From Octopus vulgaris (lineage: Eukaryota), in assembly GCA_951406725.2 (NCBI GenBank), contig OX597823.1, forward strand, positions 27,838,001 through 27,902,000: a stretch of 64,000 bases of DNA. Reading direction: 5' to 3'. Shown here piece after piece: positions 51,055-63,212 of this stretch (positions are counted from its first letter, which is position 1; each line of letters begins with the position of its first letter). The notes under the pieces are model-generated. The model saw only the letters and a list, made by a program, of their open reading frames with translations, was not told the origin of the DNA and did not search any database. Made by a program: the position numbers and the translations under genes.

Positions 51055-52152
51055 ACCTTTCTACTAGAAGCACAAGGCCTCAAATTTGGGGGAAGAGATT
51101 AAGTCGATTACATTGACCCCAGTGTGTAACTTGTACTTATTTAATCGACCTCCAAAAGGATGAAAGGCAAAGTTGACCTCGGTGGAATTTGAACTCAGAA
51201 CGTAGCAATAGGGGAAATTCTGCCAAACATTTCATCCAGTGTGCTAATGGTTCTGCCAGCTCACTGCCTTTATAAATATAATAATAATAATAATAATGAT
51301 AATAATAATAATGACAATGACAACTGGTTTGAATATTTGCAAGTTACGACAGACAAATAGATTTGATAGATCGAGAGAGCGCAAGAGAGAGAGAGATTAA
51401 TGGTCAGATGTAGCAACAGTCATGTCTGCAACTCCTGTACAGAAGCATCCACCCCTCCAAATACATGCACACACACACACACACACGTATATACAGACAC
51501 AAACACACACATACACTATATACACAACATATGTATGTACTAACATAGTGACACATAACTATGTATACATACACACACATCAACAAGATCTGAAAGAGGA
51601 ACCCTCTGCATATCCTAAAATGTTATGACTGGGGATGTTTCAGTAAACTTGAAATATATGATAATAATCCTTTCTTCTATGGCCACAAGGCCGGAAATTT
51701 TTGGGGAGGGAGCTAGTTGATTATATTAACCCCAGCCCCTAACTGGTACTAAGTCCCTAACAGGTCCTTATCTAATCAATCCAAAAGGATAAGAGGCAGA
51801 GTCAAAATGTGTGATAATAATGGTTTCAAATTTTGGCACAAGGCCAGTAATTTGGTGGGTAGAGAGGTAAGTCAATTACATTGACCCCAGTGCACAACTG
51901 GTACTTAATTTATCGACCCTGAAAGGATGATGAAAGGTAAAGTCGACCTTGGTGAAATTTGAACTCAGGAAATGTATACTAATGATCCTTCCTGCTATAG
52001 GCAGAAGGCCTGGTACTTAGTTTATTGACCCCGAAAGGATGAAAGCTAAAATAGACCTCGATGGAATTTGAACTCAGAATGTAGCGACGGATGAACTACC
52101 ACTAAGCATTTCGTCCAGCGTGCTACAACAATTCTGCCAGCTCACTGCCTTA
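51055..52152 (-). mobile_element. cluster of SINE B copies and fragments
   Basis: Homology at about 51055-51270 and 51668-52152. Confidence 0.8.
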
Positions 52153-52560
52153 GAAATGTATTCCAATAATAACATGAAATGTAGCCTCTCTTTGACTAAT
52201 GACAATTACATCACATTTTGAAAGTTCTGTTTATGGTTCTGCTTTTGGATTCCAAGTACAAGAAGAAACTATGAAATACTTAATGAACAAAATACACAGT
52301 GAAACCCTTAAATCCCCAAGATGCAACTGAAAGGGTCAATTAAGTCACTTCTTCGGAAGATCTAAATGTGATCAGTAGATTCCTCAAAATGTCATCGAAA
52401 TATCATCTCCCATTGTGACATGATGCCATTACTAAAACAATAAACGATGTAATAAAGACTGCTTTGGGATAGATACAGACAACGTCCCTCTTATTGATGG
52501 AACATTCCTATCAAAACCTCTGCTAAGTGCAAATATAACAAGTTTGATATACATTATTTA

Positions 52561-52628
52561 CATATGGCATAGTGGTTAAGAGTGTGGGCTACTAACCCCA
52601 AGATTCTAAGTTCGATTTCAAGCAGTGA

Positions 52629-52663
<35 letters not shown>

Positions 52664-52793
52664 TTGTATAGGAATGAGAACCCAGGTTTGAAATTTTCCC
52701 AAGACACCTGATGAAGGCTGGAGGGTATATCAGCCAAAATGTTGTGTTAACAACAAACAAGATGAGGACAAATATCCATCAAATGTAAATAAT
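52561..52793 (+). mobile_element. SINE family D: tRNA-like head with hammerhead-bearing tail
   Basis: A box TGGCATAGTGG, B box GTTCGATT, (AAT)n spacer, hammerhead motif. Confidence 0.85.
52703..52748 (+). ncRNA. minimal hammerhead motif, CpG-decayed (G12A)
   Basis: GACAC-CTGATGA-A-GGCTG-gagggtatat-CAGCC-AAAA-TG-TT-GTGTT; restoring two CpG transitions gives GAAA-CG. Confidence 0.65.
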
Positions 52794-53423
52794 GGTCAGA
52801 ATGTAACAACAAACAAAACAGTGCTGAGCATATTGGCAGGTGTGCTAACGATTCATCAAGCTTGCCACCTTGATGATGATGATAATAATAATAATAATCA
52901 TAATGATAATGATTACCTGATGTGTCAACGATTCTGCCAGCTTGCCGCTTTGATATAATAATAATATTATTAGTAATAATAGTAATAGTGCAAAAAGGAG
53001 TCTGAACAATGAAAAGCTGACATTAGGATGATGATGATGATGATTAAGGTCAGCTGTTCTGTGGCTATCATTATGTCTTTGAAAATCTGTGAGAAGAAGA
53101 ATATTTATGGATAGCTGTTTTGAAGCCTGCACCTTCACTACTTTGATTATAAATTCACACGTCTTCAAATTTAATGATTTATTTATTATAAAATCACACA
53201 ACAATTGCTTATGTAGATCGTTATGATATTAGATATTTAAATGACCATCTGCAAAAGCTAGGACTTTTAGGCAAAGAAAGTGACCAACAAATGACACTTT
53301 TCTTATACAGTCTGTAAATGGAACTGTAAGAATAAAAAGATTTCCCTAAAGTTCAAGATGTAACACTTTCACAATGTAACACTTTTAAGATGTAACACTT
53401 TCTGTTTTGGTTGTCTAAATATC

Positions 53424-53625
53424 CTTTTCTACTCGAGGCACAAGGCCCAAAATTTTTATGGGGTGGGGCCAGTCGATTAGATCGACTCCAGTATGCAACT
53501 GATACTTAAATTATCAACCCTGAAAGGATGAAAGACAAAGTTAACCTCAGCAGAATTTGAACTCAGAACAGAAATGCTAAGCATTTAACCTGGTGTGCTA
53601 ACGTTTCTGCCAGCTCGCCGCCTTT
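53424..53625 (-). mobile_element. SINE family B
   Basis: Homology to other copies. Confidence 0.85.
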
Positions 53626-53802
53626 TGTTGCCTAAATATCAGCAATGGTGCTTTGTTACTTTGTTAGAAACTAAATTGTCTTGGAAGAAGAATTTAAGGA
53701 GAATGAAAAAGAGGAAGAAAAGCATACATTTATATTCAAATACTTACATGCTTGGATCTTTGTCCCCAAGATATAACAGTAAGTTGTAAACATATACACA
53801 CT

Positions 53803-54184
53803 TGGAAGCACTCCGTCGGTTACGACGACGAGGGTTCCAGTTGATCCGATCAACGGAACAGCCTGCTCGTGAAATTAACATGTAAGTGGCTGAGCACTCC
53901 ACAGACATGTGTACCCTTAACGTAGTTCTTGGGGATATTCAGCATGACACAGAGAGTGACAAGGCCGGCCCTTTGGAATACAGGTACAACAGAAACAGGA
54001 AGTAAGAGTGAGAGAAAGTTGTGGTGAAAGAGTACAGCAGGGATCACCACCATCCCTACCGGAGCCTCGTGGAGCTTTAGGTGTTTTCACTCAATAAACA
54101 CTCACAACGCCCGGTCTGGGAATCGAAACCGCGATCCTACGACCGCGAGTCCGCTGCCCTAACCACTGGGCCATTGCACCTCCA
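53803..54184 (-). mobile_element. SINE family C
   Basis: Full length; TSD TATACACACTT. Confidence 0.92.
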
Positions 54185-54952
54185 CTATACACACTTAATT
54201 AGAGAGGAATAAACCTACACATGGAAACATATTTCACATCGTTAGGCTTAAACTGAAACATTCTTTTGAACTGATATGTATCAACACAAACATTTCTGTA
54301 CACATGTCATGTGTGTTTTGTATGCTTTCATATAAATACTGACATACACTCATATACATGTGTACACACACATGTACATACATACACACACACACACACA
54401 TACACACATGATATGTGTAGGTATGTATGTATGTATGCAAAGTCTCATATAAAATAAATTTTCGTTTTAATCTTGGAATTAAATGGTTTTGGTTTACTGT
54501 CAGGTGACTTTTGGCCAACGCTATATATATATATATATGTATAGACATATATTTACAAGTGTTCAGTTTAATCAAGATATCTTTGGCTTGAAGAGCAGCC
54601 TGTGACATACACCTTGCTTGGATATTTAACCACTTCCAAGCTTCCACTCACTATGAAACATATGTAACCTGGATCTTATCTACTCCACTCCTTAACTCTT
54701 GTATTCTTAATTGTATACCTGGCAACCCTGGTTGCCCACCGTGAAATATAAAAAAAAATCCTTTTTCAATTTATCGCAATTTGATAAGAAAAAAATCCAG
54801 AATCTTCCATCTCAATAAACCACTATTGTCCCTGAAAGTTGGTTTCCTATATATTTACTACAGCTTGCTTGAAATTAACTTTCTTCCTACATCTCGATCC
54901 TCAGATCTTATATTTATATATATATGTATATATACCTATGTATGGAGGTGCA

Positions 54953-55126
54953 GTGTAAAAATACTCAGTACACTCTGTAAAGTTGTTAGTGTTAGGAAGG
55001 GCATCCAGCCGTAGAAGCCATACCAAAACAGACATGGGGTCTGGGCAACTCTTGAGCTGGCTGGCTCCAGTCAAACCGTCCGGCCCATGCCAGCATGGAA
55101 GATGGAAGTTAAATGATGATGATGAT
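54953..55126 (+). mobile_element. family E 3' tail
   Basis: gttaggaagggcatccagc...(GAT)n. Confidence 0.75.
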
Positions 55127-55256
55127 GTACATGTTTATAGTGTGTCTGTATGCAAACACCTGCACTTTACACTTCCCATCACACACAAGTAACATGATTT
55201 GTGCCTGGCGGGAAGTGTAACATATATGTGTTTATTTACAGACATGCTGTAAATGT

Positions 55257-55592
55257 CTTTTAAATATAGAACTGCTCACGAGCATATGCCGTGGTGGTTA
55301 AATGTGCGGGCTACTAACCCCAAGAGTCCGAGTTTGATTCCAGGCAGTGCCCTGAATAATAATAATGACGACGACGACGGGGACGGCGATGGTGGTGACG
55401 GCTTCGGCGGCGAGGACGACGATGTTGACGACTTTAGGAATGAGAACCCAGGTTCGAAATTTCCCCAAGACACCTGATGAAGGCCGGAGGGTATATCAGC
55501 CAAAACGTGTTAACAACAAACAAGATGAGGACGAATATTCCTCAAATGTAAATAATGTAAATAATTCCTCATCTCTTAAATATAGAACAGTA
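55257..55592 (+). mobile_element. SINE family D, second copy, terminally redundant
   Basis: TSD CTGTAAATGT at 55247-55256 and 55593-55602; internal terminal repeat TTAAATATAGAAC; hammerhead remnant at 55469-55511. Confidence 0.85.
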
Positions 55593-55679
55593 CTGTAAAT
55601 GTGTCATATACTTGTATATTAGATTCATATACAAACTTGTATAGATATCTACTCATACCAGTGTAGATACTTGTACATT

Positions 55680-55852
55680 GTATACACACATACATGCATA
55701 TCTACATAGAATCCTCTCTCTCTTTGTTCGATATATAGATGTATTCATAAATGTTTTGTCTACATTTAAAAACATTTATATACACACATGCGTATGTTCA
55801 CATAAACATCTGCACATGTACATTCTCATGTATGTATTCACAGGCAGTCACC

Positions 55853-55894
<42 letters not shown>

Positions 55895-56028
55895 AAGGTA
55901 CTCACACACATGCACGTATATACTCATACACATACTCTGGCATGTATACTCACATACATACACATGTTTCTCATACATATATGCATATGTATATAGATAT
56001 ATATATATATACACACACATACATATAT

Positions 56029-56067
<39 letters not shown>

Positions 56068-56970
56068 TGTAACATTTGTATTTGTAAAACCAAACAGAGT
56101 ATACAACCTGAGGGACAACATACACATTCACACATGCTTATGCACCCATGCGTGCACACACACACACACACACACACATTTAGACATACATTAACACATG
56201 CTTATGCACACATGCTTATGCACATACACACACAGAGACATACACATTAACACATGCTTATGCACCCATCTGTGCACACACACACACACACACACACGCA
56301 TACACACTTTTAGACATACACATTAACACATGCTTATGCACACACACACATACGCATTATCACATGCTTATGCACACACATATATATGTGTGCACACATA
56401 CACACACAGACATACATAATCATACAGACATTCTTACACAAGCATGCATACAAGGAAAAAAGTAATCTTGTACATACATGTGCATACACATGCACACATA
56501 TATGCACACACATATACCCAACATAATTATGCAGACACCAAAATAAACAATGCACTTGCACACACACACACACATGCATGCACACAAACATATACAGCAC
56601 AAATACACGTATTCACATTATCTTCTTAGAGACACACAGACATATAAAAACATACGCATACATACATGCATGCGTTCAGAAACACAAGCGTAATTACACA
56701 CACATCTATACACAAATACATACATGCACCCCCCCATTTGCAAATACACATACACACTCATATAAATGGCTTCATGTAAGATACGCACACTTGTCCAAAC
56801 ACACAAACATATAAGTGCGCACAGCACATACTCCTCACATACGCAAATGCATACATAAACATACAACGTCTTAGATACGCAAATGCACGCATACACGCTA
56901 CACTTACGTGGACACACATACGAGCCATCACATTCATAGACACACACGTATAAGTACACACACGTGCATA
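55680..56970. repeat. degenerate (CA/TA)n tract with TTAACACATGCTTATGCAC units
   Basis: Direct reading. Confidence 0.9.
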
Positions 56971-57019
56971 TGTTCTCACATGACAGCAACAACAACGACA
57001 ACCCCCTTCTCCTTCCCCC

Positions 57020-57053
<34 letters not shown>

Positions 57054-57208
57054 GAATCCAAATACAGTCGGCAGCCATATTTGTCGAGGCAACAGTCACC
57101 ACATTCACATGGTACTGCTCTTTCCTCCCCATCTTACCTGTCGTCTCACCTGTCCTAACTATTAAATACATACCTGTATAGCTGTATATATAATTAAAGT
57201 GCGAGCTA

Positions 57209-57222
57209 GTTACCATGACAAC
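57209..57222. promoter_or_regulatory. RFX X-box-like palindrome GTTACCATGACAAC
   Basis: Matches 12 of 14 bases of the canonical GTTGCCATGGCAAC; lies in unique sequence. Confidence 0.35.
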
Positions 57223-57689
57223 AAAGTGGCAGCAAGGATAGTGTTCTTTGTTCTATGGTGAACTAGGAGTCAAATTGAAATTATCATATATAACAAGCTG
57301 TGAGCATTGTGTATATATGTGTATATATATATATATGCATGTGTATATACACACATGTGTATGTGTGTCTGTGAGGTTCATTTGAAGCATTGACAAATTC
57401 CAAAATAATTTTTTTATTTTCTGATTTTAAAAAGTTTGTTCAATGTAAACGAATCTGAAAACGACATAACAGGTAAAAGCATGTCTTATATAAGGATTGA
57501 GTCCCTCTTTTTTTAAAAATCTATTTAAGGGGTATTAAGGGTTATTGTGCCCAGTTTATGATATCATTTGCTTATGAGGAGATTTAAGTGTTTGTATGTG
57601 TGTTTATGTATGGGTGTGTGTGGTTTTGGTGTTGCACTCATGATCATGGGATTGCGATTTCAATTCTGGCTCTGGGTGATTTTTACTCT

Positions 57690-58560
57690 TTTATTCTTTC
57701 ACTTTTTTCAGTCATTTGACTGTGGCCATGCTGGAGCACCACCATACCATTAATCAAACAAATTGACCCTAGGACTTATTCTTTGTAAGCCTAGTACTTA
57801 TTCTATCGGTATCTTTTGCCGAATTGCTAAGTTATAGGAGATGTAAACACACCAACATCGGTTGTCAAGCATTGGTGGTGGTGGTGGGGGACAAATACTG
57901 ACACATAAATATATATATATATATATACATACACACACACACATATATATAGGCACAGGAGTGGCTGTGTTGTAAGTAGCTTGCTTACCAACCACATGGT
58001 TCTGGGTTCAGTCCCACTGCGTGGCACCTTGGGCAAGTGTCATCTACTATAGCCTCAGGCCAACCAAAGCCTTGTGAGTGGATTTGGTAAACGGAAACTG
58101 AAAGAAGCCTGTTATATATATATATATATACATGATCAGATTGGAGCCTGGTTCACCAGTCCTCAGTCAAATTGTCCAACCCATGGTAGCATGGAAAGCG
58201 GACGTTAAACGATGATGATGATATGTGTATGTATATGTTTGTGTGCCTGTGTTTGTTCCCCCAACATCGCTTGACAACTGATGATAGTGTGTTTATGTCC
58301 CCGTCATGTAGCGGTTCGGCAAGAGAGACTGATAGACTAAGTACTAGGCTTACAAAGAATAAGTCCTGGGGTTGATTTGCTCAATTAAACGTGGTGCTCC
58401 AGCATGGCCACAGTCAAATGACTGAAACAAATAAAAGAATAAAAGAATATATCTCTGACAGGCTTATTTCAGTTTCTGTCTACCTCACAAGGCTTTGGTC
58501 AGCCTGGGACTGAACCTGGAACCATGTGGTTTGGAAGCAAGCTTCTTACCACACAGCCAC
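57690..58560. mobile_element. nested SINE A(-) > SINE A(+) > family E tail
   Basis: A(-) is split at about 57900/58450 by A(+) 57950-58447, which contains an E tail at 58133-58222. Confidence 0.85.
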
Positions 58561-58997
58561 ACTTGAAGTGTTGTGTTATTGAGTAAAACCCTTCATTTCA
58601 CCACCTAAACATGGATGTCTTGTTAAAACCCTGATTATTGTGTTAATAGCCACAAGAGAGATCCTCAGAACAGATGAAATTCGTCTACCATGGGTTCCAG
58701 AACTTCCATATCACATAATTTCATTCTGTTAGAACTCTTCAATGGGAAGCACTGGGTGACTGCATGCCAATAAAATTTTACTGCTACAATATATAGAATT
58801 TCCACATTTTTTCAGTCGCTGATGTTGTGAATAACCAGCAGGCTTATTAAAAATTAATTATTAGTGATAGAAGCAGTATTATTACCAAACGGCAATCTTC
58901 ATATCCAACTAAACATGGATGTCTTGTTAAAACCCCAATCACTGTATTATTAGCCTAAAGAGATCCTCTCATATAGGCGCTTGGTACATAAAAGTAC

Positions 58998-59265
58998 ATC
59001 ATCATCATCATCATTTAATGTCTGCTTTCCATGCTAGCATGGGTTGGACGATTTGACTGAGGACTGGTGAACCAATTGGCTGCGCCAGGCTCCAGTCTGA
59101 TCTAGCAGAGTTTCTACAGCTGGATGCCCTTTCTAACACCAACCACTCTGAGACTGTAGTGGGTGCTTTTACATGCCACTGGCATGAGGGCCAGTCTGGT
59201 GGTACTGGCAACGGCCATGCTCGAAATGGTATTTTTTACGTGCCACCTGAACAGGAGCCAGTCAT
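58998..59265 (-). mobile_element. family E 3' UTR fragment
   Basis: (CAT)n tail and homology to other copies. Confidence 0.85.
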
Positions 59266-59489
59266 GCATAGATAATAGCAGATGAAATTCATTTGTCATG
59301 GGCACCAAAATTCCTATACTGAGTTATTTCATTCCATTGGAACTCACATGATTCTAATCCACTCAGCTGGCGAAAACGTGTCCTGTCCAGTGGGGGGTGA
59401 GGAGAGATATCACTATCATCAGCTTTTTCTTGTATCTGAGTACTTTTCTTCTTCACTGAACACTTCCTTTATGGTAATGCCATTGATGA

Positions 59490-59700
59490 CACTGTAGACC
59501 AATCCTTGTATGGAAGAGGCGATGGCATTGATTGCACAGTAATGGTGGAGGACATGGTCAATTTTGCTGAGCCTTTCTCTCCTGTCGTTTGATCTCTTCT
59601 TTTTCTCTTCTAGTGGTTTTGAAGTTTTTTTTTTGTTCCAGTGGGGGAGATATATATGCCACAGAATCTGAGAAACTGGGCTTATAAGCCTATGGCTTGA
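59490..59700 (-). mobile_element. decayed RTE 3' fragment, same family as 8300-8525
   Basis: FKTTRREKEEIKRQERK versus FEATRRAKEEIKRQKRK; DNA similarity. Confidence 0.6.
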
Positions 59701-60431
59701 GAAATACTTTTGATTCTTTTTCTGATACATACAATTACCATTATCTTTTAATGACCAAATTCCAAGATTACTTGGGTTGGACAGAGGGATAGGGTTTAAC
59801 ATATTGGAGAAACATGTCTTGTATGGATATCTACTTTAGCATGGGTTCTATGTCTGGATACCCTTCCTAATTACCAATTACTTTACAAAGTGTGTATGTG
59901 TGTGTGTGTGTATATATATATATGTGTGTGTGTATGAATGGCTTCTTTCAGTTTCCATCTACCAAATCCATTTACAAGACTTTGGTCGGTCTGAGGCTAT
60001 AGTAGAAGACACATGTCCAAGGTGCCAAGCAGTGGGACTAAACCTGGAGCCATGTGGTTGGTAAGCAGTGTATATATATATCATCATCATCATCCTCGTT
60101 TAGCGTCCGCTTTCCATGCTAGCATGGGTTGGACGGTTCAACTGGGGTCTGGGGAGCCAGAAGGCTACACCAGGCCCAGTCTGATCTGGCAATGTATCAG
60201 TGAGACCTAAAGTTCGAAGGTCAGCCCTGTTTGAGCTATGTTCAGAGTTATTCCAGCCATGACTATCCCATATGTCTTCAAACATAGAATGTTAGTGAAT
60301 TATATTATCTAATCCTTGTTCTTTAGTCCTAGGTCAACTCTGAGCAAACTATGACCAAATTTTTCCAGCTTTGGCCACCCTCTATTTTTTTCTCAAGTAT
60401 AATGTATCTACAATGCTAAATTAGTGATGGT

Positions 60432-61487
60432 ATCCTAGCAGTTGAGGGAACCCGTGGAAGAGGTAGACCCAGGAAAACCTGGGACGAGGTGGTGAAGCAC
60501 GACCTTCGAACTTTAGGCCTCACTGAGGAAATGACCAGCGACCGAGACCTTTGGAAATATTCTGTACGTGAGAAGACCAGGCAGGACAAGTGAGCCCAGC
60601 CCACTTATGAATGCCTTTCCTCCCTTGGACACAAAGACCTGTTGGGGCAAGCGAAGTCGATATAGAACCTCATCCGACGACAGGCACCCATGCCAACCCC
60701 CTTTGCTTGCGAAGACATGTTGGGGCAAGCGAAATCGAAATCGAAGTCAAAATCGAATTGAACCAGCCAGGATCCCTGGTCTGGTGGTACGTAAAAAGCA
60801 CTATCCGACTCGTGGCCGATGCCAGCGCCGCCTCCACTGGCTTCTGTGCCGGTGGCACGTAAAATACACCAATCTGACCGTACGACAGGCACCCATGCCA
60901 ACCCCCTTGCTTGCGAAGACATGTTGGGGCAAGCGAAATCGAATTGAACCAGCCAGGTTCCCTGGTCTGGTGGTACGTAAAAAGCACTATCCGACTCGTG
61001 GCCGATGCCAGCCCCGCCTCCACTGGCTTCCGTGCCGGTGGCACGTAAAAAACACCAATCTGACCGTACAACAGGCACCCATGCCAACCCCCTTGCTTGC
61101 GAAGACATGTTGGGGCAAGCGAAATCGAAATCGAATTGAACCAGCCAGGATCCCTGGTCTGGTGGTATGTAAAAAGCACCATCCGACTCGTGGCCGATGC
61201 CAGCACCGCCTCGTCTGGCTTCTGTGCCGGTGGCACATAAAATACACCAATCCGACCGTGGCCGTTGCCAGCCTCGCCTGGCACCTGTGCAGGTGGCACG
61301 TAAAAAGCACCCACTACACTCACGGAGTGGTTGGCGTTAGGAAGGGCATCCAGCTGTAGAAACACTGCCAGATAAGACTGGAGCCTGGTGCAGCCTTCTG
61401 GCTTCCCAGATCCCGGTCGAACCGTCCAACCCATGCTAGCATGGAGAACGGACGTTAAACAATGATGATGATGATGATGATGATGAT
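60432..61487 (+). mobile_element. young RTE LINE 3' fragment (family E) with a triplicated unit of about 190 bp in the 3' UTR
   Basis: LAVEGTRGRGRPRKTWDEVVKHDLRTLGLTEEMTSDRDLWKYSVREKTRQDK*; tandem units at about 60678-61260; (GAT)n tail. Confidence 0.92.
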
Positions 61488-61630
61488 CCTCCCTAGGTTA
61501 GTCTTGACTGAACTTTGATCAAAGACATGATGTAGTGTTAATCATATCTGGTTGTAGATCATAGTGTATTTGGCTCTGTATCATCCAAAATGTCCTTCCT
61601 TGTTCTGGTGTGATTTAAGGGAAATTTGTT

Positions 61631-61698
61631 TGCAGAGTGAGCCACTATATAGGGGCTCTCCTATTGCAGAGTGAGCCACTATATAGGGGCTCTCCTAT
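61631..61698. repeat. perfect 34-bp tandem duplication
   Basis: TGCAGAGTGAGCCACTATATAGGGGCTCTCCTAT twice. Confidence 0.95.
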
Positions 61699-62789
61699 TG
61701 ATTCATCCAGTGATTTTGTAATCATCAGACTGATGAGTAAGGTTAGCTATCTCATCCACAGCCAATTAGTGTCAGCAAACATATCTGCTTGAGTAAATAT
61801 GTCCAGCAACATAAATGGTTTTACTTAACAACACTTCAGTTTCTATTACAAGTACTTGGACTATGGATAACCACTGTTGATGTCATATAACAATCTTATA
61901 ATCAGACACAGAGTGACCTACACTTTGTTATTTAATATATTCCAATTTTGAAGTAGTAGACGCAGGCATGGCTGTGTGGTTAAGAATTTTGTTTCCTAAT
62001 CACATGGTTTTAAGTTCAGTTGCATTGCATGACACCTTGGGCACATGTGTTCTTCTGCTATAGCCCCAGGCCAACCAAAACCTTGTGAAAAGATTTGGTA
62101 GTCAGAAACTGAATGAAGCTTATCATACATAAAGCAATCTTGTGTTCCCTTGCACGGAACACAAAATCATTTTATCCAACATGTTCTTTTCTAAAATTAT
62201 GTGATTTGAGGGAGAATTGGCTGCTATTTCTATTACATTCATGTGGCGACTCCCTCATTGGCTCATTCAGCCTTTGTTGGTAATGTTGAGGGTGGAGTAG
62301 TAGTGAGTATCCTGTTTTATTTTCAGACACAGTGTACCTTGGATTACATTAGCTCTTGTGATAAGAATGAATAACCCGAGTAGCTTTTAACAGGATGATA
62401 GGTGCAAGGCATGTGAAGCTTGCTTTGTTATTGTGTGGTCTTGGGTTCTATCTCACTGTCTGGAACATTTGCGGATGTCTTAGTTATGTAGCTTTGAACT
62501 AGCTATTGATGTGTGAGTGGTATTAATTGATGAAAACTCTGAATAATTTCTTCACATACCTGTTTGTCTATCTGTCTATCTTTCTGCCTGTTGATCTGTC
62601 TATCTGACCGCTTTTCTCTGTGTGTGTGTGTGTGAGGGCATGCTCATGTGTATGTGTGTGTGTGTGAGGGTGTACTCGTGTGTGTGTGTGTGTGTGTGTG
62701 CATGTGTGTTCGTGCATGTATGCATGCGAGTGCATGTGTTTGTGTGTGTGTGAATGTTTTACATTCCGCATTCTTGCATGAAAACGTTC

Positions 62790-63212
62790 TTTTCTTTTCT
62801 ACTCTAGGCACAAACCTGAAATTTTTGGGGAGGGGGCCAGTTGATTAGATCAACTCCAGTATGCAACTGGTACTTAATTTATTGACTCCGAAAAGATGAA
62901 AGGTAAAATCGACCTTGGTGGAATTTGAACTCAGAACGTAAAAACAGGTGAAATACCGCTAAGCATTTCGCCTGGCATGCTAATGATTCTGCCAGCTCTT
63001 TTCTACTCTTGGCACAAGGCATGAAATTTAGTAGGAGGGGGCCAGTCGATTAGATTGACTCCAGAAAGCAACTGATACTTAATTTATCGACTCCGAAAGG
63101 ATGAAAGGCAAAGTCGACTTCGGCAGAATTTGAACTCGGAATGTAAAGATAGTTAAACTACTGCTAAGCATTTTGCCTGGCGTGCTAACATTTCTGCCAG
63201 CTTTCTGCCTTC
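62790..63212 (-). mobile_element. two tandem SINE B copies, CpG-decayed
   Basis: Homology to other copies. Confidence 0.88.

Noticed and set aside
52990-53090. Minus-strand acceptor followed by FQRHNDSHRTADLNHHHHHPN
   Set aside because: No convincing donor, and the His run comes from a (CAT)n microsatellite.
59419-59802. 127-aa ORF as a host gene
   Set aside because: It is an off-frame translation of a decayed RTE fragment also present at 8.3-8.5 kb.
60568-61434. 263-aa and 254-aa repetitive ORFs
   Set aside because: They lie in the tandemly repeated 3' UTR after the RTE ORF stop and are open on both strands.
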